From an uncultured Chloroflexia bacterium (GTDB lineage: Bacteria > Chloroflexota > Dehalococcoidia > Dehalococcoidales > RBG-16-60-22), in assembly GCA_963739515.1 (NCBI GenBank), contig CAVUAO010000003.1:393891-457890 (forward strand): a stretch of DNA of 64,000 nt, read 5' to 3'. The notes beneath the pieces are model-generated. The model was not told where the DNA came from and ran no database searches. It saw only the letters and a program-made list of their open reading frames with translations. Positions 63,984 through 64,000 of this stretch are shown one piece after another. How positions within the stretch are numbered: position 1 is the first letter of the stretch; every line of letters starts with the position of its first letter. The position numbers were made by a program, and so were the translations under genes.

Positions 63984-64000
63984 TCCCTCCACCACTATAT

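Noticed and set aside
1-64000. Prophage, integrative element or plasmid-like region spanning several genes.
   Set aside because: No integrase, transposase, terminase, capsid, replication-initiator or conjugation genes are recognisable. The atypical DNA occurs only as 0.6-2.2-kb islets.

Overview
This window is 64 kb of high-GC bacterial chromosome (roughly 55-60 % G+C by eye), densely coding on both strands. The gene content includes a PurS-PurL fusion, two EtfAB modules whose EtfA carries an N-terminal ferredoxin domain, and a membrane HdrD/DsrK-like Fe-S oxidoreductase. It also includes nrdR plus class II B12 ribonucleotide reductase, NurA/HerA, and a flavodiiron/catalase/SOD cluster. Together these suggest an anaerobic or microaerotolerant Chloroflexota (Dehalococcoidia-like) genome or MAG; this is inference only. 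I support about 66 protein-coding loci. I found no rRNA, tRNA, CRISPR array, transposase or integrase. Three things are not ordinary. (1) Five compact, very AT-rich islets sit in the GC-rich backbone with no recombinase. Two are candidate uncharacterised two-gene modules: an HTH protein plus a GHKL-type ATPase at 29289-31303, and a TcmP-like protein translationally coupled to an SPL-like radical-SAM protein at 61900-63983, which runs off the window. (2) Nearly every long intergenic region is filled with several families of short repeats. These are modular GC-rich hairpin cassettes, '..TCGCAATGACA' hairpins, an AT-rich element built from ~45-bp units (3 loci), a ~110-bp AT-rich promoter-like cassette (2 loci), and heptamer-spaced TAG arrays (5 loci). 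(3) Eight single-nucleotide frame breaks interrupt seven otherwise intact genes; these are probably consensus indels, but pseudogenisation is possible. nurA and herA are separated by an unusual 2.2-kb insert. All domain calls come from motif recognition by eye; no searches were run.
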